DNA of 51,516 bases from Armatimonadota bacterium (GCA_043754515.1 JAYUUO010000068.1:1-51516), one strand, 5' to 3'. Positions 38,248-48,893 are shown, numbered from the stretch's first letter. A program made the numbers and translations. The notes: generated by a model from the letters alone, not told the origin.

Positions 38248-39423
38248 GTGTCAAATTACGAGAAGATCGCAGAAGGCGGCAATGGCGCGAGCGGTTTTAC
38301 TTTCCGCAATGTCGGTCAGGCAATCGTCAACAGCTCGGGACGTGTTGCGTTCTCGGATGTTCAGTTCGGCACGGGTCTTTATAGCACCCCTGGCGCGAAC
38401 ATAGCGTACACAACGATACTCGATCCAGCGGCATCCGGCAAAAACAATCTAACACTCGATAGTATGAATGCGTCTGGTACCATTGTCTTCTCTATTAATG
38501 ATACCCCTAGTAACTAGAGTAGGGTCTACTCAGGCGATGGCGGACCACTGACAGGGGTTTCTAACCCGACGACGACACCTGCCTATCCTAACTTCCAGCC
38601 TTATGGGCGTTATGCAAGCATCAATGATGTCGGCTCGGTAGCCTTTGGTGAGACTTCTTACACCGCCGTTCCAGGGTCAGACACGTTCTATGTCGGCATT
38701 ACGCAAAACAATGTTTTCACTCCGGCGGAACAGCGACAGTCATCGCGGGACTTTCATGGGATCTCCTTCGGCGGCTTTAACGATGCGCGTCTGAACAATA
38801 ATTGTCAGGTCGCTTTAATGGTCAACTCCAGCTCAAACAAGGGGTACGTATATCGTCACAACACGGATGGAAGCCTGACGACGATCGCATCGGAGATTCA
38901 GCCGACGACGCTCGTTGGAATCAATGATCTGGGCTTCGTCGGCTACTTCGGCTTGAATAACACCAGCCTGCTTTTAAGCGACGGGATTACGACAAAGACG
39001 ATCGGTTCCCCAACGACCGTTGACCCGATCAGCGGATTGCACCTGGCAACTTATGGTTTCAATCTGAGCATCAACAACCTCAATCAGGTCGCTTTTACCG
39101 CAGGGGGGGTGAATGCCGGGGCACCTATCGGTGTTTACGTCAGCGACGGGTCCAACGTAGTTACTGTCACGCGTGTCGGCGATACTTTGTTCGGCTCGCG
39201 GATAACAGCCCTTGATATGACAGATCAGTCCATCAACGACATAGGGCAAGTCGTCTTTACCGTAACCCTTGCCAACGGTCGAACGGCGATTGTGCGCGGT
39301 ACATTGCCGGGAACGGTTGCCGTTCCTGAATCCGGAACGCTCACTCTTACTTTGTCATCGCTTGGTATAATTGGTACCCTTATTTCTCGGCGGCGCATGA
39401 TATGGGGTTTACATTTTTATTGA
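38248..39423 (+). pseudogene. PEP-CTERM protein with NxxGxVAF repeats, interrupted by an in-frame TAG
   Basis: ORFs 38248-38517 and 38818-39423 share a frame, and the frame is open after TAG 38515-38517; repeats INDVGSVAF, INNLNQVAF, INDIGQVVF; VPESGTL plus TM plus RRR; signal peptide upstream appears frameshifted. Confidence 0.82.
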
Positions 39424-39689
39424 GAGTGAAGGCGCCCATACTGTGATGTTGCGGGTATGTGAAGTGTCTTTTTGCTGTTCCGTAGCAAGGATTGCACGCA
39501 TCAGGTCGAACTGAGGAGGGGGTGAGTATGGCGTCTCCGCTCCTTCAGACACGATGAGAGTTGGGACGCCGAAGAGGGCATGGGGTTTCCCGCAGGGCAT
39601 GTGGCCACGATTACCCCCCTGACCGGCGTAGCCGATCAACCGTGCGCTATGTCTTAGATCGTCCCCTTGTATTGCCCCCGGCAACACCG

Positions 39690-41171
39690 CTAGAAAGCCG
39701 GTTTGTAAACGCGCAAGGCGATTATTGCGGGCGGCTTCCCGCCGTCCGCGATCAATTCCAGCCGGTGTGGCCCGTTCGTCAAGCCCGACGCGAGTAGGAC
39801 AGCGTTCTCGCGGGTCTTGTCGGCGGGCGGTACAGGGCTATAGATGTCGGTGCCCTGAAGGTAAGCCCGCCAGGTGATCACGTGCCCCGCTTTGAGTTCG
39901 GGCGAGAAGCCCCGGAAGAACGATTCCGGCTCGATCTTTACGCGCCCGGAGGGCGACGTGAACACGGCGTCGCTCCGGCCCGAGCTGTCCACGCCGGTGC
40001 GCGAGCCACGCACCGAGTAGGCCCACGTCGCGGACTTCGGATCGCTCCCTGTCACAGAATCCACCGTCAGTGTCCAGTCCTCCGCGATCAGCGGCGCGGT
40101 GTTGTCTACCCGCGAGAGGGACAGCGGCGACGCCCACGGGTTCGGTTGGGGGCGAGTCACCGCGAAGCATTCCGGGTGCGCCGAGACCGGCTTGCCGTCT
40201 ATGAGAACGCGCACGCTACCCGCGTTCGTCGCGGGGACAGGAAGTAGCTCAACACGGTTGCCGGAGAAGTCTAGCGTCAGCCGACTTTTCGCCCACTTCG
40301 CATCCGTTCCTGTTCGGTAATCCCGCGCGAGAACGGCACCCGACGCGGGCAACTCCGGGCGGTAGATGAGTGACTGCTCCACGATCTTCGCCATCACGAA
40401 ACAGCCGCGCCCGTTCAGGTGGACGCCGTCCCTGAGAAGCACTTGCTGCTTGAGTTGGTTTTTTTGCAGGTAGTGGAGCCATTCGCCGCGCACATCCGCA
40501 AGCCCGCAACCGTACTTCGCGGCGATCTCGGGGAGGCGTGTGTTGTTCATGTAGTTGTCCCACCACTGGCCTTTGTTCGTGTTCGGGGTTGCGTTCGGGT
40601 CCACTCCGCTTGCCGCCACGTGATCGCGTTGCATCAGCACCTCGGCGGCGGTGCGGGAGCGAATGCGATGGATGATTTCCTCGTACTCCTGATCGGCACC
40701 GTAGACATGGAAAATCACCAGGTCGGGATAAAAAGGGTACACGTCGTGTTCGGCGGGGCGGATCAGAAGTTGCGACGCGAATCCCCCTATGGCGCGGTTC
40801 TCGATCTCAAGGTCCGCGTTCGGGAACCGCTTGCGCAGATCATCGGCGACGAGATCCGTCCACTTTTGCTCGGTGATGGACTGACCGTAAAAAAGTATCC
40901 GTACATGATTGCGGCGCGCAGGCGTGCTGGTCGCTAATAGCCGCATGGTCCGCTGGATACCGCGTCCGAGAGTATCCGGGTGGGCAGGCGGTTCGGGAGC
41001 GGTCCACGAAGGGTCTGTCAGGTTGCCGGTTTGGGGCGCGGGTTCGGGCCTAGGGGTGATGGCTTGCGGGAGTGTGTCGCGCTGAGGCGTCGCGGCCTGG
41101 GTCATGTCCCCGGCGAGAAGAAAGGGTGCGGCGGCAATCGCCATAAAAAGGTACAACGGTGTCAAGTACAT
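39690..41171 (-). CDS. Secreted SGNH/GDSL hydrolase family protein
   Basis: FYGQSITEQ, NRAIGGFAS, DGVHLNGRG; signal peptide. Confidence 0.85.
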   Translation of the reverse strand: MYLTPLYLFMAIAAAPFLLAGDMTQAATPQRDTLPQAITPRPEPAPQTGNLTDPSWTAPEPPAHPDTLGRGIQRTMRLLATSTPARRNHVRILFYGQSITEQKWTDLVADDLRKRFPNADLEIENRAIGGFASQLLIRPAEHDVYPFYPDLVIFHVYGADQEYEEIIHRIRSRTAAEVLMQRDHVAASGVDPNATPNTNKGQWWDNYMNNTRLPEIAAKYGCGLADVRGEWLHYLQKNQLKQQVLLRDGVHLNGRGCFVMAKIVEQSLIYRPELPASGAVLARDYRTGTDAKWAKSRLTLDFSGNRVELLPVPATNAGSVRVLIDGKPVSAHPECFAVTRPQPNPWASPLSLSRVDNTAPLIAEDWTLTVDSVTGSDPKSATWAYSVRGSRTGVDSSGRSDAVFTSPSGRVKIEPESFFRGFSPELKAGHVITWRAYLQGTDIYSPVPPADKTRENAVLLASGLTNGPHRLELIADGGKPPAIIALRVYKPAF

Positions 41172-41266
41172 GTGCCGTATTATCACACGAAATCGGGCTA
41201 CAATGGGTACATGTGGGTATTGTATCGAAACTATTTCTGGCTGGTTACTCTTCCCAAACTACACTC

Positions 41267-41986
41267 ATGGCCTCACTGCTCACACCCTTAGAAGCTACCC
41301 TATTCGTGCATATCGCCGCCGGGCTGGGGGCGTTGGCGGCGGCTACGATCGTGACAATCAGGCGGCCAAAAGGCGGGGAGTTCCACAAGAAGGCGGGGCG
41401 ATGGTTTCTCTGGCTCGTACTTGTCGTCGCGCTAACGGCCGGGCTACTCCTGATCGTGCGCCCGAACCCTTTTTTCTTCGCCCTGTCTGTGTTCTCTTTC
41501 TACCTGGCGTTTTCGGGCTGGCGGGTGTTGCGGCGTAAGAGTTCGCACGCCGACCCGCATCAAAGGGCGTGGCTGATAGACTGGCTCGCCGCGCTCGTCA
41601 CCGTAGCGGTCGGGGTCGCCTCGGTGTTCTGGTACCAGGACGGGCGGTTCGGCGCGGCGAGTGGTCAGGCCGCTGTCGTGCTCGACACGCTGGCGTTCGC
41701 CGCCGTTGCCGCGCTTTACGATTTATGGCGGTTCGCCGCGCCGACCGCGATTGCCCGCGTCTCGTTTGTCCCAGCAGGGAACGTTTGGCTTCTAGAACAT
41801 ATAACTAAACTTTCGGGGGCTTATATCGCGCTCGCCTGCGCGTTCTCCGGCACGGTGCTGTCTGGAGAACGGCTACTCCCCGCTGCCATCGCACAGACGC
41901 TACCGGCCGTGATCGGTACGCCTATCCTGCTTTATGTCGCGAACCGCTACTGGCGCACGATGAACACCCGTCGCGGGAAAGTTTGA
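41267..41986 (+). CDS. Multi-pass membrane protein (DUF2306-like)
   Basis: HIAAG...KGGEFHKKAGRWF...WLLEHITKLSGAYIA; about six TM segments. Confidence 0.78.
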   Translation: MASLLTPLEATLFVHIAAGLGALAAATIVTIRRPKGGEFHKKAGRWFLWLVLVVALTAGLLLIVRPNPFFFALSVFSFYLAFSGWRVLRRKSSHADPHQRAWLIDWLAALVTVAVGVASVFWYQDGRFGAASGQAAVVLDTLAFAAVAALYDLWRFAAPTAIARVSFVPAGNVWLLEHITKLSGAYIALACAFSGTVLSGERLLPAAIAQTLPAVIGTPILLYVANRYWRTMNTRRGKV

Positions 41987-42012
41987 CACTCGCACGTTGC
42001 GAGTGGTAGTAT
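41983..42012 (+). promoter_or_regulatory. sigma70-type promoter for the riboswitch leader
   Basis: TTGACA (41983-41988), 18 nt, TAGTAT (42007-42012) preceded by TG. Confidence 0.65.
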
Positions 42013-42022
42013 CGGGTCGTCT

Positions 42023-42168
42023 CGTTGGTCAGAATCGTTCCGCGCCGGATTAGCCCGGTGCCTGAACGATTGTGGGGAAGTCGGTGACGAGGGGGAATCC
42101 CCTTCCATTCCGGCACTGTCGCGCAACCGTGGAACCTGCTATTGGCGGGTGAGTCGGGTCACCAACCG
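42023..42168 (+). promoter_or_regulatory. Cobalamin (B12) riboswitch
   Basis: GGT, P2 aatcgttc/gaacgatt, GGGAAgtcGGTG, ATTCCGgcaCTGTCGCGCAACCGTG, GAGTCGGgtCACC B12-box. Confidence 0.88.
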
Positions 42169-42388
42169 CGAGGCGCAGTGGTTCGCTTCGGCGTTCCGCT
42201 ACCCAAATCGGCACCCACGTCTCGCGCCTCTCACCGCGACGACGTACGACGACCTGCGCGAAACAGGCGACGGCGACCGGGACGTACTTCTTTGCGCGTC
42301 CTCGTTTTCCTTTCATCCTCGCGTTTGTCCGCCCGTTGCTGGTCCGGCATCGGGATCTATTCCTATGTGAGAAAAAAGGACAACCTGT

Positions 42389-43051
42389 ATGCGATTCATC
42401 CTGTTCAACCGCGCCGCGCTCGTCGCCGCGTCGCTCTCGCTGGTGTCACTGGCACACGCCGACCCGCTGATCTCCGCCTTCATCGGCACGCCCACCGCGA
42501 CATCGAAGACCGCCTATTTCGTGATGGATTTCAACGATCCGGGACCGAAGCCAGAGGCGTATACGTTCAAATGGAACTACGAGGGGGCAAAGACCGCGCA
42601 AGATTTCCCCGTCGCGCTCGCCTCGGCACTGACCGGGGCGAAGGGGTTCCAGCAGACCGGCGCGGCAGCGAACTTCATCACGAGCATGGGCTTCAACGGG
42701 CGGACGCTGTTCAACGACTTCGCGGGAAACAACTCCGGCGACCCCAACGGCTACTGGAACCTGTGGCTTGGCTTCGACGGCGCGAACTGGACCAACTCCC
42801 AATTCGGCATCGCCACGATTAATCTCAGCAACACGCCCTCATACACATTTAACTCGTTCACGCAACAGAACGAACTGTCGTCGGCGTCATGGATAGGGTT
42901 CCGCTGGGCCTCCGGCACTGCGGCCGCGCCGCGCGTGCCGCAGGCCGTCACCGCCGTGCCGGAGACGGGGACGCTCGTCTTGGCGTTCGGGGGCGCGTGT
43001 CTCTTACTCGGCGGCATAGTAGCCCGACGGCGGTTCTGTATCGCCGCCTAG
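42389..43051 (+). CDS. B12-riboswitch-controlled PEP-CTERM surface protein, candidate cobalamin binder
   Basis: RBS aaagga; signal peptide ...LAHA; FITSMGF...GYWNLW...WTNSQFGI...L pattern; VPETGTL plus TM plus RRR. Confidence 0.85.
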   Translation: MRFILFNRAALVAASLSLVSLAHADPLISAFIGTPTATSKTAYFVMDFNDPGPKPEAYTFKWNYEGAKTAQDFPVALASALTGAKGFQQTGAAANFITSMGFNGRTLFNDFAGNNSGDPNGYWNLWLGFDGANWTNSQFGIATINLSNTPSYTFNSFTQQNELSSASWIGFRWASGTAAAPRVPQAVTAVPETGTLVLAFGGACLLLGGIVARRRFCIAA

Positions 43052-43057
43052 CGATGC

Positions 43058-43092
43058 TCCCGGAGCCTCGCCCGTCGGGCGAAGTTCCGGGA
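43058..43092. terminator. Hairpin between the convergent PEP-CTERM gene and mreD
   Basis: tcccggagcctcgccc / gggcgaagttccggga, imperfect stem. Confidence 0.45.
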
Positions 43093-43105
43093 CACCTACG
43101 CTCGC

Positions 43106-43624
43106 CTAATCCTCGTCCCATACCCAACCGAGACGTCGCAGTAGATATGCGAACGGTAGTGCCAGCGCGGCATTCCACAGTGCATTCATCCCGCCGAAGC
43201 GCAGTGCCGCGAGGAGCGCGTCCACCGAGAGCGGGGGGTTACACAGCAGATACACGAGATCGGCGGTCACGGAACCGGCGAGAACCGCCGATACCACGAC
43301 TAGCGGGTTGGAGCGCACGAATCGCCCGGAGAATCCGCCCGCGACGTAGCCCGCGACCGTGCGCGACACGAGTAGCGAGCCGACGGTTTGCCCCGCCAGT
43401 GCTGATGTCACCAGCCCCGCGCCGAAGCCCCACCCGCACCCACCCGCCGCGTCTGATAAAAGCGCGGGCAGGAGGCAGAGCGTAAGGACGAAATCTGGGC
43501 GTCCCGTTAACCGCGCGTCAGGCAGAAAAAGCGTGATGTTCGCCTGGAACCCGGCCACGACGCAAAGCAGGAGCAGGAACAGCGCGAAGCGCACGGCGGG
43601 TACGGCGGAGAGGTACTGTGTCAT
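43106..43624 (-). CDS. mreD: Rod shape-determining protein MreD
   Basis: Hydrophobic, RPDFVL motif, GFGAGL; follows mreC. Confidence 0.85.
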   Translation of the reverse strand: MTQYLSAVPAVRFALFLLLLCVVAGFQANITLFLPDARLTGRPDFVLTLCLLPALLSDAAGGCGWGFGAGLVTSALAGQTVGSLLVSRTVAGYVAGGFSGRFVRSNPLVVVSAVLAGSVTADLVYLLCNPPLSVDALLAALRFGGMNALWNAALALPFAYLLRRLGWVWDED

Positions 43625-44622
43625 CGCGTCGGTTCACGGGGAATATCCCGTGCCTTGTTGATCAAAAATACTTCGCGCAATGTTCCCGGTAATGGCGCGA
43701 ACGGCGCGATGCGCGCGGATTTCACGAACCCGGTTTTCGCCAGTACTATGTCAGTCACAACCCCTACTGGAATACCCGCCGGAATGACGCCGCCGAACCC
43801 GGAGGAAATGACCAGATCACCGCGCCGTATGTCGTCCTCGCGACGCAGATACTCCACGGACGGTTGCTGGCCGCGCCCACGGCCGCGCACCACCCCGACG
43901 GCTTTGTCTACCATGACGCCCGTACCTTGCGTACGCCGTTGCACAAGCACTCCGACGCCCGAGGAGGGATCGGAGACGAGAAGAACCTGCGCCGTATTGC
44001 TCCCCAACTCAGTGACCTGACCGAGTAGTCCGTCCGCGGTACGTGCCACCGACCCGACCCGCGCTCCGTCGCGTGTCCCGCGCGACACCAGTATCGTCTC
44101 GGCGGTGGCCGACGGGAGTAAAGCGATGATTTCGGCGGGAAGGAGCGGCAACTTCTGCTTTTCGGCGAAATGCAGTTCCCGGCGTAGGCGCGTTGCGTCT
44201 ATGTCGGCATTGCGGAGCCGCTCGTTTTCGAGTTTGAGTTGTGTATTTTCGGTCGAAAGACGCGCTATATCATCGGCGTCGCGCTTACCGGGGAGGATGT
44301 AATCCCACAGGGTTTTCGTGGCGCGCGAGGCGCGCGAGGTTCCGACGGCGAACGGCGCGGCGACGGTGCGCACGCCGTTGAGGACCGGGTCGGTGCGTCC
44401 GGCAGCGGCGAGCCGGTTGTGCAAAACGCCATAGAGCGCGCCGATGAGCAGGAGGACCGCGAGCGCGATCCCCGCGATGCGACCAGTACGGGGCGCGGCG
44501 GCACCGCCGCGCGTCATTCCCCCGCCGAGGAGCGGCGACCCGCTCGCGCCGCCGCGATACGGCGTGACGCGGCCGAGTGTTTCGAGTTTAGCCCGTTCGG
44601 AGCGGCGGGTGGACGGAGGCAT
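43621..44622 (-). CDS. mreC: Rod shape-determining protein MreC
   Basis: TM, coiled coil LKLENERLR, GTRDG, GLLGQV, GDLVISSGFGGVIPAGIPVG. Confidence 0.92.
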   Translation of the reverse strand: MPPSTRRSERAKLETLGRVTPYRGGASGSPLLGGGMTRGGAAAPRTGRIAGIALAVLLLIGALYGVLHNRLAAAGRTDPVLNGVRTVAAPFAVGTSRASRATKTLWDYILPGKRDADDIARLSTENTQLKLENERLRNADIDATRLRRELHFAEKQKLPLLPAEIIALLPSATAETILVSRGTRDGARVGSVARTADGLLGQVTELGSNTAQVLLVSDPSSGVGVLVQRRTQGTGVMVDKAVGVVRGRGRGQQPSVEYLRREDDIRRGDLVISSGFGGVIPAGIPVGVVTDIVLAKTGFVKSARIAPFAPLPGTLREVFLINKARDIPREPTR

Positions 44623-44678
44623 AGTTCGCTACCGGAGAACGAAATCGTTCTCCTTGTTTGTTCCGCGAGAACGCCCGT

Positions 44679-45776
<1,098 letters not shown>

Positions 45777-46015
45777 TCACGTGCGCCCAAATCGGTTAGA
45801 ATCAGCGGAGCAAGCGGAAGACGCTCCGGATGCGGGCTACTTCCTCGGGCGTGAGTGGGAACTCGCCGCCTGCGAACGGACATTTCGGCTCGATGATCCC
45901 CTACCCCGATCCCATTCCCATGCCCCCCTTATATTCCATACGCCCCTTGTTTAGGGCACGGGCGAACTCGATCTCACATGTGTTTTCCTGTCAACGCGCG
46001 GTCAACAGGTAGTGC

Positions 46016-47098
46016 TTACCGGTAGACGCTACGGATGCGGGCCACTTCCTCAGGGACGGGCGGTGCCGCGCCGTCGGCGAACAGGGCGTTGTAGTGGGAG
46101 GGGATGCCGCTCCCCCGGATGTTGACGGCGCAACGCGGGTTAGCGACCGCGAATGCGCGGAGGGCGAGACGGCTTTCCCGATCGCCAAATGCGTTCGCGG
46201 TGCCGCGCAATGCCCGCGTGGAACGCGCGTAGCTGAGGTCAACTGACCGCAGGGCGGGATGAGACATGGCCGCGCCGAGCACAGCGCACAGCCCGTCCGT
46301 GCCCAGCCCGTTCGAGGCGAGACCCAGTTCGCGAAGCGTGGTATTCCCCCGCAGACCCTCCGCGAGCACCGACGCGCCGGTGTCGCCTAGCGCGTTAACG
46401 TTGAGCTGCAACGCCTTGAGGCAGGTGTTATGTCGCAACAAATCGCCCAAGAGTGGTGCGCTACCCGGCCCGAGACCGTTCCCGCCGAGGTAAAGCCGCT
46501 CCACACCCGCCCCCGTCCCGGCCTCCGTCAGTGTGGAGAGGATAGCGGTCAGGCCGTCCGCGCCGAAGCCCGTATTGACCAGATCAAGTACCCGCAACGT
46601 GGTGTTGCGCCGGAGCATGGCGGCGAGCGCGAATGCCCCCTCGTCTCTCAGCGGGTTGCGTTTCAGCCAGAGTCCGGTCACGGCGCGGTTCTCCGACACG
46701 GCGTCCGCGAGCCGCGCCGCGCCCTCCCCGCCGATCCAGTTGCAACCCAGATAAACCGTGGTAAGCAACTCGGAGCGTTCGAGAAGATCCGCGACAACGC
46801 CCGCGCCGGTATCCCCGATGCCATCGGTGCCCAGTAGCAGACATTTCACGTGCGGGTTGCACCGTAGCGCGGATGTCACGTCGCGGCACCCGTCCACGCC
46901 GATGCTCTGCTTGCAGAGATCCAGCCGCCCGTCCGGCGTCATCGTGCCGCGCGGGAAGGCAGTGACGTCACCCACGGGATCACCCGCCCAGAGGTGGCGC
47001 AAGAGCGGGGTGAGTTCCTCCAGCGGGCACGGCGTGAACGGCGTGTCGGCACCGTGCGGCGGCGGAATCGGGCAGATGATCGGGTTCGTCGTTACCAC
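46016..47098 (-). CDS. Ribonuclease-inhibitor-like leucine-rich-repeat (GALA-type) protein
   Basis: About 28-aa repeats such as LxxLxLxxNxLGxxGAxxLA; N-terminal FPRGT..PDGRLDLCKQ; overlaps the SDR stop. Confidence 0.9.
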   Translation of the reverse strand: MVTTNPIICPIPPPHGADTPFTPCPLEELTPLLRHLWAGDPVGDVTAFPRGTMTPDGRLDLCKQSIGVDGCRDVTSALRCNPHVKCLLLGTDGIGDTGAGVVADLLERSELLTTVYLGCNWIGGEGAARLADAVSENRAVTGLWLKRNPLRDEGAFALAAMLRRNTTLRVLDLVNTGFGADGLTAILSTLTEAGTGAGVERLYLGGNGLGPGSAPLLGDLLRHNTCLKALQLNVNALGDTGASVLAEGLRGNTTLRELGLASNGLGTDGLCAVLGAAMSHPALRSVDLSYARSTRALRGTANAFGDRESRLALRAFAVANPRCAVNIRGSGIPSHYNALFADGAAPPVPEEVARIRSVYR

Positions 47099-48600
47099 GG
47101 GTATTGTTTGTAATCCTTGAAAAAGACGCCGTGCGGCAGGGCGAAATGGTTCAAGCCCTGCGCGATGGGGTCATAGATACGCGCCACGCCGTCCAAAATG
47201 TCGAGCGGCGGGTAGAACTCTCGCTCGTCACGGAGCCGATCCCGCTTCGGGAGCGGGTTCTCGTCCGTGATCCAGCCGGTGTCCACGCTATTCATGTAGA
47301 TGTTGCTCTCGGCGTAGTCCTGAGCCGCCGTGCGCGTCAGCATATTCGACGCCGCCTTTGCCATGTTTGTGTGCGGGTGCGCGGCGGTCTTCGACGGGCG
47401 CGTGAACTGCCCTTCCATCGCGGAGACGTTCACAATAAACCGGTGCTGGAACGGCGAACGGAGCATCAGTCGTTTCAACCGCCCGCGTTTCAACCGCCCG
47501 TTCAGCACGAACGGCGCGACGGCGTTTACCAATAGCACCTCAAGCAACTCCACGGTCGGGACGTCGGGCAGACGCATCGTCCAGCTATTTTCGGGGCGGG
47601 CGTCCACGGGTTGTCCGTCGCCATCAAATGTACGCGGCGGAAAGTAGGCCGCCAGATCCGCCCCGCCCGGCAACACCGGGTAGTCGGGGTGTGCTTCCAA
47701 TAGCGGCGACGATTGGAAAAAGGGTGACGCGGAGAGCAGGACACGCGCGTCCGCCGCAAGCGCGGCGGGCGGTTCCCCTTCCCCGTCCAGCAGGGTACGG
47801 TACCACTCCAGTGGGCGCTTGATCGTCTGCGCCGCGTTGTTGATCACAATATCGAGGTGCGGCAGGGTGTCTGTCAGGTAGTCCGCGAACGATTCCACAT
47901 CCGTCGGACGGCGCAGGTCCAACGCGCATAGCGTCAGCCGGTCGCGCCAGTCGGCGAAGTCGGATTCTCGAGCGTAGCGGCGGGCGGCGTCGCGCGGGAA
48001 CCGTGTCGTCGCCACCACCCTCGCGCCGTCTCGAAGTAGCCGGAGGACCGTCTGGTAGCCGATTTTAACTCGCCCCCCGGTGACGAGCGCAATACGCCCG
48101 GTCAGATCAACCGCTTGCGTGCGCTTGGCATAATTGAGCCGAGCACAATCCGGGCAGAGCAGATGGTAATAGAAATGGAGCCGGTTGTAGTGCTTCTTGC
48201 ATATGTAGCACTGCACCCAGCGGTTTAGCGGTTCGGAGAGTTCCTCCCCGGCTGTCACGGGTGCGAGGGCTTCAAACAGGCGCAAATAGTCGGTGGTCGG
48301 CGGCGCGATGTCGCCGGAATCATCTGCCGAATCGGGGGTAGTAAACGTTTCCGCCTGGGCGGTTTGCGTCTGCACCATGCCGGTCGCGAGTCGTATTTCG
48401 GAATCGAGAGCGCGTCGTCGCTCCTCCAGCGCGATCCGCTCGCTTTTCCGCCCTCGCTTGTTTACTCTGGCGACCAGTCCTTTGAACCGCTCGTTGTCAT
48501 CGGCGAGCGACGGCTCGTCGGAAACCGCCTGCAAGACACGCAAGCAGGCATCCCATTCGGCTGGGGTCGGGAGGGGGTTCAAAAGTTCGCTTTTTGGCAT
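47092..48600 (-). CDS. Atypical SDR oxidoreductase with N-terminal helical domain and CxxC...CxxC motif
   Basis: CYICKK...LCPDC; ALVTGGRVKIG; NNAAQT; HPHTNMAKAA in place of YxxxK; RBS aggaaag before ATG 48600. Confidence 0.9.
   Translation of the reverse strand: MPKSELLNPLPTPAEWDACLRVLQAVSDEPSLADDNERFKGLVARVNKRGRKSERIALEERRRALDSEIRLATGMVQTQTAQAETFTTPDSADDSGDIAPPTTDYLRLFEALAPVTAGEELSEPLNRWVQCYICKKHYNRLHFYYHLLCPDCARLNYAKRTQAVDLTGRIALVTGGRVKIGYQTVLRLLRDGARVVATTRFPRDAARRYARESDFADWRDRLTLCALDLRRPTDVESFADYLTDTLPHLDIVINNAAQTIKRPLEWYRTLLDGEGEPPAALAADARVLLSASPFFQSSPLLEAHPDYPVLPGGADLAAYFPPRTFDGDGQPVDARPENSWTMRLPDVPTVELLEVLLVNAVAPFVLNGRLKRGRLKRLMLRSPFQHRFIVNVSAMEGQFTRPSKTAAHPHTNMAKAASNMLTRTAAQDYAESNIYMNSVDTGWITDENPLPKRDRLRDEREFYPPLDILDGVARIYDPIAQGLNHFALPHGVFFKDYKQYPW
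47471..47500 (+). repeat. 15-bp in-frame tandem duplication in the SDR (GRLKR x2)
   Basis: cgtttcaaccgcccg x2. Confidence 0.95.
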
Positions 48601-48859
48601 CGGTCTTTCCTGGTTTAGCGACACGCGCGTTCGTTATTTGCAACTGGGGAGGCGTCGGGATTCGCCCCGGTAGCGTCGGCACTTCCGGGGCAGGTTTCTG
48701 ACGCTTGCCGTGCTTTCGTCCCTGCTTGGCGATCTTCGCTATCAGCGTTTTGATGACGGGTTCCTGGTCGAGCACCGAAACGTCGCGGGCGAGGCGGGTT
48801 AAAACCACGGTGAGCGTCTCCCGCTCCCCGTCGGTCAATGGCGGTGATGGTTCCGGCAT
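48497..48859 (-). CDS. Small protein whose N-terminal half resembles the N-terminal domain of the downstream SDR
   Basis: RBS aggag 7 nt before ATG 48859; PPLTDGERETLTVVLTRLARD...IKTLIAKIAKQGRK vs PLPTPAEWDACLRVLQAVSDE...FKGLVARVNKRGRK; 3' end overlaps the SDR start. Confidence 0.62.
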   Translation of the reverse strand: MPEPSPPLTDGERETLTVVLTRLARDVSVLDQEPVIKTLIAKIAKQGRKHGKRQKPAPEVPTLPGRIPTPPQLQITNARVAKPGKTDAKKRTFEPPPDPSRMGCLLACLAGGFRRAVARR

Positions 48860-48893
48860 AATCATTCTCCTGACGGCATCTTGCGGCGGGTTT

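Noticed and set aside
38515..38517. In-frame TAG as pyrrolysine or readthrough
   Set aside because: No pyl genes are in view, TAG terminates many genes here, and the leader is also damaged.
39409..39687. DDLRHSA as a tyrosine-recombinase remnant
   Set aside because: One short motif with no other integrase residues or att sites.
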